Below, piece after piece: positions 9,051 through 18,773 of a stretch of 64,000 bases of DNA. Source of the stretch: Promethearchaeota archaeon (lineage in GTDB: Archaea; Asgardarchaeota; Lokiarchaeia; Sigyniarchaeales; SOKP01); NCBI GenBank assembly GCA_048941625.1, contig JBHLNK010000004.1:1094-65093 (forward strand), read 5' to 3'. The notes beneath the pieces were generated by a model. It searched no databases, was not told the origin of the DNA, and was given only the letters and a program-made list of their open reading frames with translations. A program made the position numbers and the translations under genes. Position 1 is the first letter of the stretch, and the number at the start of each line of letters is the position of its first letter.

Positions 9051-9959
9051 TTAATCCGTATGCGCAGATATAATTAAATCTGCAAATAACTTCATATCAT
9101 TCAATAACATATTTAATTTATCCTGTGAATCTCTATCCAGTTCTCCAGACTTCATAACTAGAACAGATATGATATATTTGAATATGTGGAGCTCAACTTC
9201 TTTTCCATCTCCATCTCTACCCCAAAATTTCGAGGAATCTGACATAAATATGTTTTCTCTGACAGTATTGCAAGCATTAATAAAATCTCTTAGATCTCCT
9301 CTCAAAGTTAAACCACTACTTACACCTTGGACATTATGAACAATTACATTTCCTGAAATATCAGCAATAATCACTTTTGCCTTAATCTCATCAAGTTGCT
9401 TTTCCGCTTTTTCAACATGTTTCTTTAATTCAGCATACTCAGATATTAAAATATCTCTAAAAACTTTAGCTAACTTATCCTGTTCATAAATGCTGGTTAG
9501 CATGTAATCAAAATCATAGTCTTTGAATAAATCTAAGAAAATCTCCTTTGCATTCTTTACATTAGTATCAAGAAGCTCTTTCTGATAATCCTCAGTGTCA
9601 TATTTATGTAAGAATAAGAATATCTTAGGTTTTTCATTGTTTTTACGATAAAGATCTAATAAACTAATAAAATAATCTTTAGCTTCATTGAAAGTATTAG
9701 GTTCATGAAGCGAAACAATAGGGATCAGAATATCAGTACCACGAAAGATTTCAGGTTTTTCCATATATTCTTTCCTAAATTCTTCTTGCCCGCCAAAATC
9801 AAATATGCCCACTTGCAAACCCAGAAATGGGTGTCTTCTTGTTTCGTAAAGTATTGTCGGTGCTAATCCTTTAGTGTCTTCTGGTCTTTTAGCGGCAAAA
9901 GCTACAGAATAAACACTTGTTTTCCCACAACCGCTTAATCCGACTAAACTAATTTTCAT
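9051..9959 (-). CDS. Rag/Gtr-like small GTPase with C-terminal roadblock domain
   Basis: [15 protein letters not shown] (G1), [10 protein letters not shown] (G3), IFLFLHKYD (the HKxD G4 variant typical of Rag/Gtr) and TSIYEQ (G5). The C-terminal roughly 130 aa ([18 protein letters not shown]...[11 protein letters not shown]) have a roadblock-like layout. Length and order parallel RagA/Gtr1. Confidence 0.7.
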   Translation of the reverse strand: [302 protein letters not shown]

Positions 9960-10034
9960 TTTTGACTTTCCTTTTTTTGATGGTTTTTATAATAATTTAT
10001 TTCATTTAACTTTTTTAATAAAATATTTAGTTTT

Positions 10035-11525
10035 TTATTCTTTTGGTGTGATTTTTAGTGTTCTGGAAAAAATTTTGCCAAATGCCTCAGTTGATGCTTC
10101 AACTAATACATTTGCATTGATAGGCGTTCCATCCGGTATATCCAATGGATATCCAATTTCAATTGTTTCGTATGGAAATAATTCTCTAATAGTTGTTATC
10201 CATGGATTTTTTTCAAAAAGTTCTTCCACAGTGACAATCCGTATTTTTAAATCTTCTAAAACATATCCTATGGTATTAGTTAATGATACATTCAGAATTT
10301 TTTCATCCTCATTTAAATCCTTACTTACACTTAAAAATTTTCTTGCTCCAAGAGTGGGCGTTACTTCAGCTTGTTCTACTTCTGGTTTAGTTTCAATACG
10401 AGGTTCTTCTGCTTCCTCAGAATCTCGTACAATAAAGACTTTTCTTTTTTGTATAGTATATTGCGAAACTTTTTTCAGTTTTGCCAAAAATAACACAGCA
10501 TTTAAATTAATGGCATTAAAAGGTTCTATTTTCAGATAACCTTTTTCAGCAGCATCCTCCATAATTTCAGTTCCTATACCACTCCTAGCAAAAACAGTGT
10601 TTTTATTTGCACCAGAACCTACGCTGCCTACGCTAATGTCTGCATTTTCTGCTGTTAAATCAGTGCAAAAATTACAACTCGATGACTTAAATTTATCCAA
10701 TTGTCTAATGGTATATGATTTCACTGGATCTCCATTAGAATCATAATATAAATGGAATTTTCCTTTATTTATATCCATTTTCTGAACTTTTGACAAATCA
10801 ATCCCTTCATTTTCAAAAAATGGATAGATAGCTTCGGGTGAGAAAGAATCCATGCAAAAGAGTCCAATCTTAAGAACATTACATCGCATAAAATACTTTA
10901 ACATACCTGCTGGACTGTCGAACATTTTAGCAACAGCATCAATATTACATGGAGTTCCAACAAATGCAATTGAACGAAAATCTTGCCTAACAGCATCCAT
11001 TAAAGCTTCAACTGTTTGAGAGTGACTATAAATCGAGCCGGAGGATTTGATTGCATCATCTTTATTTGTGATAATTTGTGCAACAGGATACCAGGGTTTT
11101 TCCGGATTCTTCATTGTAACTACAGCAGCATCAATTAAATGCTCATCAAAAAGGTAGCAAAGCAAGCTTGTAACTGTTCCGCCATCTTGTCCACCTATTA
11201 CTTCAGGTATATTAGTATTAGCAACATAACCAGTTTTGAATTCACCCATAAGTTGATATGGATCAGTAATTGTCCGTGGGCACTGATTATAACAAATACC
11301 ACATCCTGTACATTTTCCAATTAATTTTGGTTGCCCTGCCAAATCATCCCATTCTAAAACGGGACAAACAGCAGCACAAGTACCACATTCAGTACAAATT
11401 CCAGTCCGTATAATCTCTTTCATCAACATACCAAAAGAATCCTTTTTTCCCTCCAATTTCTTCTGAATATATTCAAAAGAATATTCGTATGGAGTTTCGG
11501 TTTTATTAGCTTTATCTTCAGTCAT
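10035..11525 (-). CDS. FrhB/FdhB-family iron-sulfur flavoprotein with N-terminal 2x[4Fe-4S] ferredoxin motifs and a roughly 100-aa C-terminal beta-sandwich-like extension
   Basis: CTECGTCAAVCP and CTGCGICYNQCP, then GGQDGGTVTSLL, FVGTPCNIDA, GLFCMDSF and CNFCTDLTAENADISVGSVG, which are FrhB_FdhB N/C signatures. Confidence 0.75.
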   Translation of the reverse strand: MTEDKANKTETPYEYSFEYIQKKLEGKKDSFGMLMKEIIRTGICTECGTCAAVCPVLEWDDLAGQPKLIGKCTGCGICYNQCPRTITDPYQLMGEFKTGYVANTNIPEVIGGQDGGTVTSLLCYLFDEHLIDAAVVTMKNPEKPWYPVAQIITNKDDAIKSSGSIYSHSQTVEALMDAVRQDFRSIAFVGTPCNIDAVAKMFDSPAGMLKYFMRCNVLKIGLFCMDSFSPEAIYPFFENEGIDLSKVQKMDINKGKFHLYYDSNGDPVKSYTIRQLDKFKSSSCNFCTDLTAENADISVGSVGSGANKNTVFARSGIGTEIMEDAAEKGYLKIEPFNAINLNAVLFLAKLKKVSQYTIQKRKVFIVRDSEEAEEPRIETKPEVEQAEVTPTLGARKFLSVSKDLNEDEKILNVSLTNTIGYVLEDLKIRIVTVEELFEKNPWITTIRELFPYETIEIGYPLDIPDGTPINANVLVEASTEAFGKIFSRTLKITPKE

Positions 11526-11683
11526 AATATTTTATCTAATCGCTAAATTGATTATATAATTGTGAAATTCCAAATAAATAAAATAGGTTTTACAAAAAAA
11601 AGATTATTAAATTAAATAATTAGAATTGTGTTTTTTTGATAGATATGTCAAAAAAGTATTGAATGAAATTTTTATTTAGGAAA

Positions 11684-13282
11684 TTAAGAATTTTCTAATT
11701 CAAGTCTTTCTTCTATTCTTTTGATAGCATTTGATGCGTGAATTCGTACTACTCTATGGAAATCATTTACTCTGTTGATTAATGCGCTAAGAGCTAGCTC
11801 TCCACCGAAATTTTCTAAAAGTTTAATTAAACTTAACTTTACTTTATGGTTTTCACTTTCCTTCGCTTTTAAAAAATCAGTAAGAATTGCTAGGTATTTA
11901 TTCAATATTCTTGAGATTTCTTGTTTACTATCTTTAGTTTTGTACCAATTATTTTGGAATATGTTATAGATTGCGTCGATGGTCACTTTTTTTATAAGCC
12001 AGTAAGTATTTTCATTTTCTATTATTTTTTGTAAATCCCTCAAAGGTGCAACACTTCCAATTTTACCTAAAGCAATAATAGTGTTCTTTTTAACATCTAA
12101 ATTTCTAATTACTAAAAGATCACACAGCGGTTTCACAAATTCCTCTTTAGCGATTTCTCCTAGAAGAAAAGCAACACTCTCTCTAACTGTATCATTTTCT
12201 TTTTTTAAAGCATTATATAAATATTCATAAGAAGAACTTTGATTATTTTGATAAATCCGTTTTATAGAGTCGAGTATGTACAGTTTCATATCCAAATCAG
12301 TATATTCAAAACTTACATCTTCAATATCTAAAATATCTAGTAATTCTGGAACCGCTGATAAATCACCAATCTCTCCTAACGCTTCTATTGCAGCAATAGT
12401 TACTTCTTTGTATATATTGTCTAAGTTCGATATTAATAAATCTATAGCATCATTGAGTTTTAATTTCCCACATAATACGACTGCATTTTTTTTTACGATA
12501 AAATCATCAAGAAGCAATAATTTTAAAAGATCTTTCCTAACCTCATTTTCCATTAATTTTAATATTGAGACAACTGAATCCAATAAACTTAAATCTTCTT
12601 CTTTTAAGATTTGTGTGACAACTTCTAAAATGGTATCTTTATTTTGAATAATTTCTGTTAAGATTTCTGGATATTTTGCTTTGAGAAAGCTTACATCCTC
12701 AAATGAAACGTTGACACTTGAAATTTCGTATCCAATTAACTTTATTATTTCTGCTTTATGATTATTTGATAGTTTTCTATTTTTTAAAGCTCCTAATAGG
12801 AGCGGAATAAGTTTTTCTAAATTTAGACTTAATAATTGAATTGAAACATATTCTCTAATTGAATTAATAGAATTATCTAATTCATTGATAAACAACCTGA
12901 TTTCAGTTTCTTCAAATCGAGTTTTGTATATTGCTTTTAAAGCAGAAAGTTTAACATTATAATCGACAGGCTTTTGTTCTAATATCCAATTTAAAGGTTT
13001 TAAAGATTTTTCAATATTTAACCGACCTAGAGCTTTTGCAGCTTCACATTTTATCTCAATTTTATCATCTGAGATCAAAAGGTTTTCAAATGTCTTATAA
13101 CATTCATTTTTCAGCTGTATTGAATTATTGCTAATCATACCTAAATATTTAATTGCATCTCTCCGTTTAATATCATCCTTCTCTTTTTCTATTATTTGAG
13201 TTAGCATATTTGCTGAATTTTTTAAACCAAATTCCGTACTTCTCTGATATATTTCGCGAGGATGAAGTTTTACTTTAAGCAT
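11684..13282 (-). CDS. HEAT-repeat (PBS-lyase HEAT-like) protein
   Basis: Repeated A..ALG.IG...A...L units, e.g. AAKALGRLNIEKSLKPL, AIEALGEIGDLSAVPELLDIL and IIALGKIGSVAPLRDL. Confidence 0.7.
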   Translation of the reverse strand: MLKVKLHPREIYQRSTEFGLKNSANMLTQIIEKEKDDIKRRDAIKYLGMISNNSIQLKNECYKTFENLLISDDKIEIKCEAAKALGRLNIEKSLKPLNWILEQKPVDYNVKLSALKAIYKTRFEETEIRLFINELDNSINSIREYVSIQLLSLNLEKLIPLLLGALKNRKLSNNHKAEIIKLIGYEISSVNVSFEDVSFLKAKYPEILTEIIQNKDTILEVVTQILKEEDLSLLDSVVSILKLMENEVRKDLLKLLLLDDFIVKKNAVVLCGKLKLNDAIDLLISNLDNIYKEVTIAAIEALGEIGDLSAVPELLDILDIEDVSFEYTDLDMKLYILDSIKRIYQNNQSSSYEYLYNALKKENDTVRESVAFLLGEIAKEEFVKPLCDLLVIRNLDVKKNTIIALGKIGSVAPLRDLQKIIENENTYWLIKKVTIDAIYNIFQNNWYKTKDSKQEISRILNKYLAILTDFLKAKESENHKVKLSLIKLLENFGGELALSALINRVNDFHRVVRIHASNAIKRIEERLELENS

Positions 13283-13497
13283 AAGTTAAGATTTTTGATT
13301 AGCTTTTCAAAATATAACTTTTTATCTTGTTTAATTATCAATTATTGATCAGCTTTTATAAAAATATTACTCAAAACAAGCATAAAGCTAGAAATAATTT
13401 ATCAAAAACAATAAAAAGCTTCAATCTCAAAAATAATAAAATTTCAAATTACCGTTTTTAATTATATTTTGGATTTTATTTTAAATTTTCCAGAAGT

Positions 13498-13543
13498 GGT
13501 CAATTCAGAGTCTGATTTCAATGAAAATTTAGTGAAAATTACG
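13498..13543. repeat. copy 1 of an imperfect direct repeat of about 32-45 nt flanking the gene at 13772-14689
   Basis: GGTCAATTCAGAGTCTGATTTCAATGAAAATT compared with GGTAAATTCAACATCTGAGTTCAATGAAAATT at 14764. 27 of 32 core positions are identical by hand count. Confidence 0.5.
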
Positions 13544-13771
13544 ATATTAAAATTCTGTCAATATATAAAAAATGAGGAATTTGGACCTGCTTGCAGTCTA
13601 TCTTTAATTTTCTGAACTTTTGATAAATTAGGAAATGAAAACTTTTTTATAGAATTTAAGAATTTACAGGAATTTTACTTCATTGTTTAAAACGTTCTAT
13701 TTAATAAAAAAAGGGAAGAATTTTTCAACAGAAATAATAAAACTTAATATTTTCACTATTTTTTAAATACT

Positions 13772-14689
13772 ATGAAGTTTGGTTATTGTGTAAGAAGTCC
13801 TTCTACTCGTATATATTCTGAAATTAGAGACTTAACATTAAGAATTGAAAAGTTAAATTTTGATTCTATTCATGTTACCGACCATTTACTAGGTTTTGAT
13901 GAAACTCAAGAAAAAAAAGAAACGTTTTTAGAGTGTATGATACTATTGGGAGCGTTAGCAGTAGAAACAAATAAAATAAAATTGGGGCAAATTGTATTAT
14001 GCAACTCTTTTCGTAATCCTGCTTATTTAGCAAAAATGATATTGACTTTGGATCACATTTCTAATGGTCGAGTTTTAATGTGGTTAGGAGCAGGTTGGTA
14101 TGAGGAAGAATATAAGGCATATGGCTACGCATTTCCTTCTCCTAAAAGAAGAGTCGATGAGTTGGAGGAATCATTGACTATATATAAGAAGATATTTACG
14201 GAAGATGAAACTAACTTTGACGGAAGATTTTGGAAACTTGAAAAACATCGGAACTTTCCTAAGTCAGTACAGAAACCTTACCCACAATTAGTTATAGGGA
14301 CAAATGGTAAGAGGATGATTGACATTGCATGCCGAGAAGCAGATGGAATAAATTTGGCTTCATTGGAACTTTCGCAACAAAAAAAAAGAATGGAGAATAT
14401 TTCACTAATTAAAGAAAAACTAAGAAAGTACAACCGTGATCGTTCTAAGTTTGAGATCTCTCTTTTCACAGGTGTTACAATAGTCAGCATTCAAGAAACA
14501 GTTGAAAGGATAAGAAAAGAAAGGAATATTTTAAAATCTGATATGAAATATCAATTCATAGGAACTCCTGAAGAGATTAAAGAAAAAATAAAAGAAGCTG
14601 AAAATTTAGGTATCAATAAAATGGTTATAGTAATAGAAAGTCCTGATATTGAGGATCCTATTCACACTTTTTGTAGAGAAATAATGTGA
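13772..14689 (+). CDS. luciferase-like monooxygenase (LLM) family oxidoreductase, probably F420-dependent
   Basis: SIHVTDHL, LGAGWYEEEYKAYGYAFPSPKRRVDELEESL and FDGRFW are the typical LLM/F420-dependent oxidoreductase pattern. Confidence 0.65.
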   Translation: MKFGYCVRSPSTRIYSEIRDLTLRIEKLNFDSIHVTDHLLGFDETQEKKETFLECMILLGALAVETNKIKLGQIVLCNSFRNPAYLAKMILTLDHISNGRVLMWLGAGWYEEEYKAYGYAFPSPKRRVDELEESLTIYKKIFTEDETNFDGRFWKLEKHRNFPKSVQKPYPQLVIGTNGKRMIDIACREADGINLASLELSQQKKRMENISLIKEKLRKYNRDRSKFEISLFTGVTIVSIQETVERIRKERNILKSDMKYQFIGTPEEIKEKIKEAENLGINKMVIVIESPDIEDPIHTFCREIM

Positions 14690-14699
14690 TAAATTTTAA

Positions 14700-14715
14700 T
14701 CTGATCTAAATCAGA
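14700..14715 (+). terminator. short hairpin followed by T-rich tract in a convergent intergenic region
   Basis: TCTGAT-CTAA-ATCAGA lies 11 nt after the stop codon, followed by T-runs (CGATTTTTACTTATTTTTTATT). Confidence 0.3.
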
Positions 14716-14763
14716 CTGATCTTAAATCTTTTAAATCTCGATTTTTACTTATTTTTTATTAAG

Positions 14764-14810
14764 GGTAAATTCAACATCTGAGTTCAATGAAAATTCCTTT
14801 GAAAAAAATT
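14764..14810. repeat. copy 2 of the direct repeat (see 13498-13543)
   Basis: See copy 1. Both copies contain the small palindrome TTCAATGAA. Confidence 0.5.
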
Positions 14811-14839
14811 AGAAAATTATTCGAATTTTAATATTACAT

Positions 14840-15865
14840 TCAGGGACAACTTTTCAATAATTTTGTTAAAGTTGGAAACCAATCTTCCCTAATATTTTTC
14901 ATATTATTTAACTCCTTCACATTAAATTTACCGAAAATTTCCTCACCTAATCTAATGTATTCCACTTGTGATGGATTAATGTCAATTATTCCACAGATTA
15001 GAGCATCTAGAGAAACTAAATGATTACTAAAAGCAGCAATACCTAAATTTTCGATTATATCATAACTCCCCCATGGTACTTGTATACTTCCCTTTGGATT
15101 AGAAACAACTGCAGAATATATTCCTTCACACAGTCCGTAAACATCAAAAAAAGTGGCATAAATCTTATTTATATCTATTATATTTTGGCTTAATAAATTA
15201 TCTTCTGGTCCATGCCACCATGATCTTAATGGATCTGGGATAAGTCCAAACATATTTTTTAATGTCAAGCTAGGATATTTACTTTTAATTCCTTTTATCT
15301 TTCCAAAACTAATAAAGATTTGATCCCTATATTTCAGCAATTTAGATGGAAACAATTGATATAATTTATCGTTAACCACTGGTGGATATTCCCTTTCTAC
15401 TTCTCTTTTTATATTTTTAGATTTCGCTGAACAACCTTGCCAGATTTCCTCTGTTATATTAATATATTCGACTCCAAATTCAGAAAAAAGATCGTTAAAC
15501 CCAAATTCAGACAAAAACCATTTGTCTTGTTTTCTTAATTGATCCCATCTCCCTTTTTCCTTTATCCACTTCCAATCGGGATGTTCCATAATCCATTTCC
15601 AGTCCACTTCATGTTCATCAACGAAAAACTCTAAAGTGCCATCCTGTTTTTCTAAAGTATATGATTCTATAATTAATATCTTAGCATCTAAAGCCTCAAA
15701 TAATAATCTCAAAGTTTTTGCTTCCGTAAAATTACCGAGATGAGGACTAAACCAGTTAGGTTTTATAATAAAATTATCTGATTCTAAAAAATTGGCAGGA
15801 AAGATTTTTTTTAAATCAGATGCATTTCTTATCTTATTTAGATTAACTACTCCTAATTTTTTCAT
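14840..15865 (-). CDS. hypothetical protein (possibly DUF362-like). The start is placed at the internal ATG (MKKLGVV...) rather than the upstream GTG at 15910.
   Basis: Long ORF. The IIKPNWFSP segment resembles the DUF362 IKPN motif. No other motif was recognised. Confidence 0.3.
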   Translation of the reverse strand: MKKLGVVNLNKIRNASDLKKIFPANFLESDNFIIKPNWFSPHLGNFTEAKTLRLLFEALDAKILIIESYTLEKQDGTLEFFVDEHEVDWKWIMEHPDWKWIKEKGRWDQLRKQDKWFLSEFGFNDLFSEFGVEYINITEEIWQGCSAKSKNIKREVEREYPPVVNDKLYQLFPSKLLKYRDQIFISFGKIKGIKSKYPSLTLKNMFGLIPDPLRSWWHGPEDNLLSQNIIDINKIYATFFDVYGLCEGIYSAVVSNPKGSIQVPWGSYDIIENLGIAAFSNHLVSLDALICGIIDINPSQVEYIRLGEEIFGKFNVKELNNMKNIREDWFPTLTKLLKSCP

Positions 15866-16016
15866 AATATTGGCATTTAAGAGGAATTTTAGAAGCTTTG
15901 AAGTACACACTAGCTAATTGTATGTAATTAATAATTACCTTCAGCATTATAAATCTTGAGATTTTAATTTTGTCCCAATTTTCTGTGAAATTGGAAAGGA
16001 AAGGTAAATCCAGATT

Positions 16017-16835
16017 CTACATAATAGCCTTTAATGTGAATATAAGAGGAATTACTGCTTTTTGATTTTTCAAGTGAAAATATCCATCAGAACTACGCTC
16101 TGTAAACGAAAATTGTTTCCAAACAGAGAAAGGGTATTCATTTAAAAATTCAATTCTCAGACCTGCCCCAATTAGAGAATTTAATATGTCTGATATACTA
16201 TGCATCCATTCATATTCTTTTTTTGGTTTAAATTTGATTTTATCTGAGGCATAAGTTCCATCGGCCACAAATTCCATCGGTTTGGAATCATGAAAATAAT
16301 TACAGTAAATTTGTGGCTCGCTAACATCTTTGGTTTCATTATCAAAAATATTTGAAAATGGATGACTTTCTGCAATATAAAAAAATCCACCTTTTTTAAG
16401 ATAATTTGCAATAACTTTAGCCCATTCCCTAAGATCGTTTAGCCAACAGAGTACTCCATGTGAAGTATATACAATATCATACTTTTCGAAAAGAACCTTG
16501 GGTAAATCATAAACGTTTGATTCAATAAAATTAGCTTCAAGATTAGCTTGTTTTGCCAATCCTTTTGCTAATTGAATAGCTTCACTGGAAAAATCAACTC
16601 CAGTTACTAATGCTCCTTCTCTAGCCCAAGAAAGAGTATCAAGTCCGAAATGGCATTGAAGATGTAGTAATGATTTACCTTTCACATTTCCCATTTCTTT
16701 CAATTCAAAGGATTTCAGAGTAGATTGTCCTTTTAAAAAGGCTTTAACATTATAAGATTCCTCTCCGAGTTTATAATGTATCCTCGCAAACTCATCCCAG
16801 AGTTCTTTATTAGCTTCAAAATATTTTTTACTCAT
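16017..16835 (-). CDS. class I SAM-dependent methyltransferase
   Basis: Motif I region LLHLQCHFGLDTLSWAREGALVTGVDFSSEAI, then the DIVYTSHGVL post-I/II motifs. Confidence 0.8.
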   Translation of the reverse strand: MSKKYFEANKELWDEFARIHYKLGEESYNVKAFLKGQSTLKSFELKEMGNVKGKSLLHLQCHFGLDTLSWAREGALVTGVDFSSEAIQLAKGLAKQANLEANFIESNVYDLPKVLFEKYDIVYTSHGVLCWLNDLREWAKVIANYLKKGGFFYIAESHPFSNIFDNETKDVSEPQIYCNYFHDSKPMEFVADGTYASDKIKFKPKKEYEWMHSISDILNSLIGAGLRIEFLNEYPFSVWKQFSFTERSSDGYFHLKNQKAVIPLIFTLKAIM

Positions 16836-16952
16836 GCAATATCACGTTTAGAAGTATCATTTTTGTTTCCGAATTTGTTAGGTAATTATTAAGAAAATAA
16901 ATTTTTTTTTATATATTAAAAAAAATCAATTTAGAAGATCTTTATTCGATTT

Positions 16953-17783
16953 TTACGGAAAACTAAGAGATTCTAATCTTCTAAATTGTTTGAAAACCAC
17001 TTCAGAACCAGCTTTAAACATTTTTCTTAGACTTTTTTTTGCCATCTTTACAATAAAACCAGCAAAGAGTCTTTTTAGTAAACTTATCTTTATATCAACG
17101 TAATATTTTTTATCCTTATCTAGCCATCCTTGTTCATGCCAATATGCATAGTCTGCGTTTTTTTCATCATCCACTATCCTATGTAGTAATACTCTTATTT
17201 TAAAAGCAATGACACTTCCATAGGTAGGTTTTTGGAACTTTTTTTCGTGTAGTGCTTTTATCAAATTTCTACTCGTCTTTTGAATTTTTTTTATAATCTT
17301 TTTTTCATTCCCAGGTTGAGTTAAAAGTTCTAAACTATCAACATAATTAAAACCCCAAGAATGTGCAACCTCTTCAAAATAACTTGTAACTGCTTTTGAC
17401 CCAGCTATTCCTTGATTGCTAACACCAATAGCTATCTTCCCAAAGAAACAAGGTCTGTGAAAAATATAAGAAAATCTATCAAAAAAGTTCTTCATCAATG
17501 CTGGAATATGTAAAGCATAAGCAGGAGCCATGAATATAACTCCGTCAGACTCATTGATTTTATTTAAAATCATATCTCTATCGTCATTTCTAAAAGGACA
17601 TTTATTTTCCCCATCAAAAAAACAGTTTAAGCACCCTCTACATGATTCCAAATTTACATCTTTGAGATACAAATATTCAAACTTAATGTTATTGTTAAGA
17701 TATTTTATCTCTTTTTCCATCTGTTCCATTACAATAGTCCCATATCCTTTTCTTGGACCTCCCATTATAGTCAAAACTTTCAT
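16953..17783 (-). CDS. flavodoxin-like NAD(P)H-dependent FMN reductase / iron-sulfur flavoprotein family
   Basis: MKVLTIMGGPRKGYGT, CRGCLNCF and DGVIFMAPAY. Confidence 0.6.
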   Translation of the reverse strand: MKVLTIMGGPRKGYGTIVMEQMEKEIKYLNNNIKFEYLYLKDVNLESCRGCLNCFFDGENKCPFRNDDRDMILNKINESDGVIFMAPAYALHIPALMKNFFDRFSYIFHRPCFFGKIAIGVSNQGIAGSKAVTSYFEEVAHSWGFNYVDSLELLTQPGNEKKIIKKIQKTSRNLIKALHEKKFQKPTYGSVIAFKIRVLLHRIVDDEKNADYAYWHEQGWLDKDKKYYVDIKISLLKRLFAGFIVKMAKKSLRKMFKAGSEVVFKQFRRLESLSFP

Positions 17784-17936
17784 TTCTTATTTGCACCTTT
17801 AATATTTAAAATTCATTTGTTGTAACTACATAGTTGAAATTGATATTAATAATTACAATAGTCCAATTTTTTCATTTTTGGATCCTCCATCTTTTATTAG
17901 ATTTCTTAATTAAATATCTTTTAATAGAATTGTATA

Positions 17937-18664
17937 TTGAAAACTACTATGAAATTACGACAATCAATTAACAAGGCTAGAGCGAAATTTTACAATATAG
18001 TAACTGATTATGACTTTATAAAGAAAAGTTCTATTATTGTTATAAGCGTATACTTTACACTTCTTTTAATAGCTGTTATCATAGCAGCAGTCTGGGGGCC
18101 TTATGGATATACAATATGGACTCGAATGATCTCAGATTTAGGAGGAAGTAATTATACTCCTACTCCATTCATTTTTGATATTGCATGCATATTTGCGGGG
18201 ATTATGATGATACCATTAACATTTTATGTTGAAAATTTGTTTGCTCCATTGCCAAAAAGAAATAATATAGAAGAACAGCATTATTCACGTTTGAGATTTA
18301 GATTAGGGAGTAATGCATTTTTCTTTAGCTTATTGGGAAATTTAGCGTATATATTTGTAGGAATATTTAGCGAAGATCGCAATCCACCTTTATTGGATTT
18401 CGCAAGTTTTCATGATGTGTTTTCTTTTTTTCGTTTGTAGGTTTTGCATTTGGAGCTTTCTTTATTGGATGGATTATTGTACTTTATGACATGAAAATTC
18501 CAAAATTATTTGGAATTTACGGGATAATAGGCCCTCCCACCATGTTATTTATTTTTCTCTATACCATGAAAGCTTTATGGGAATGGATTTTATTATTTTC
18601 AATTCTTCTCTGGATAATTCCCCTCATCGTCATGATACTTCGAAAACCAGAATTAAGAGCATAG
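17937..18664 (+). pseudogene. frameshifted copy of the membrane protein encoded at 18774-19499 (DUF998-like?)
   Basis: Frame 0 stops at 18440. The paralogue-matching C-terminus (FVGFAFGAFFIGWIIVLYDMKIPKLFGIYGIIGP...) continues in another frame to TAG at 18662-18664. The shift maps to a T7 run at about 18424-18430. Confidence 0.6.
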
Positions 18665-18773
18665 TATAAAATTCTTATTTTTTTCTTTTTAGTGTATTGG
18701 CTCTGAATACCTAATCTTATTTATATTAGTTCGAGTCAAATATGATTTAACGAAACATAAAGTATGAATTATT

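Noticed and set aside
10048-10539. A 163-aa antisense ORF inside the FrhB-like gene. The same applies to 11139-11324, 11775-11969, 12276-12647, 14278-14490, 16181-16411, 17530-17802, 20877-21188 and 6054-6278.
   Set aside because: These are fully embedded opposite longer ORFs that have clear family motifs. Their translations are low-complexity (S/F/I/K-rich), typical of antisense frames in AT-rich DNA, and carry no motifs.
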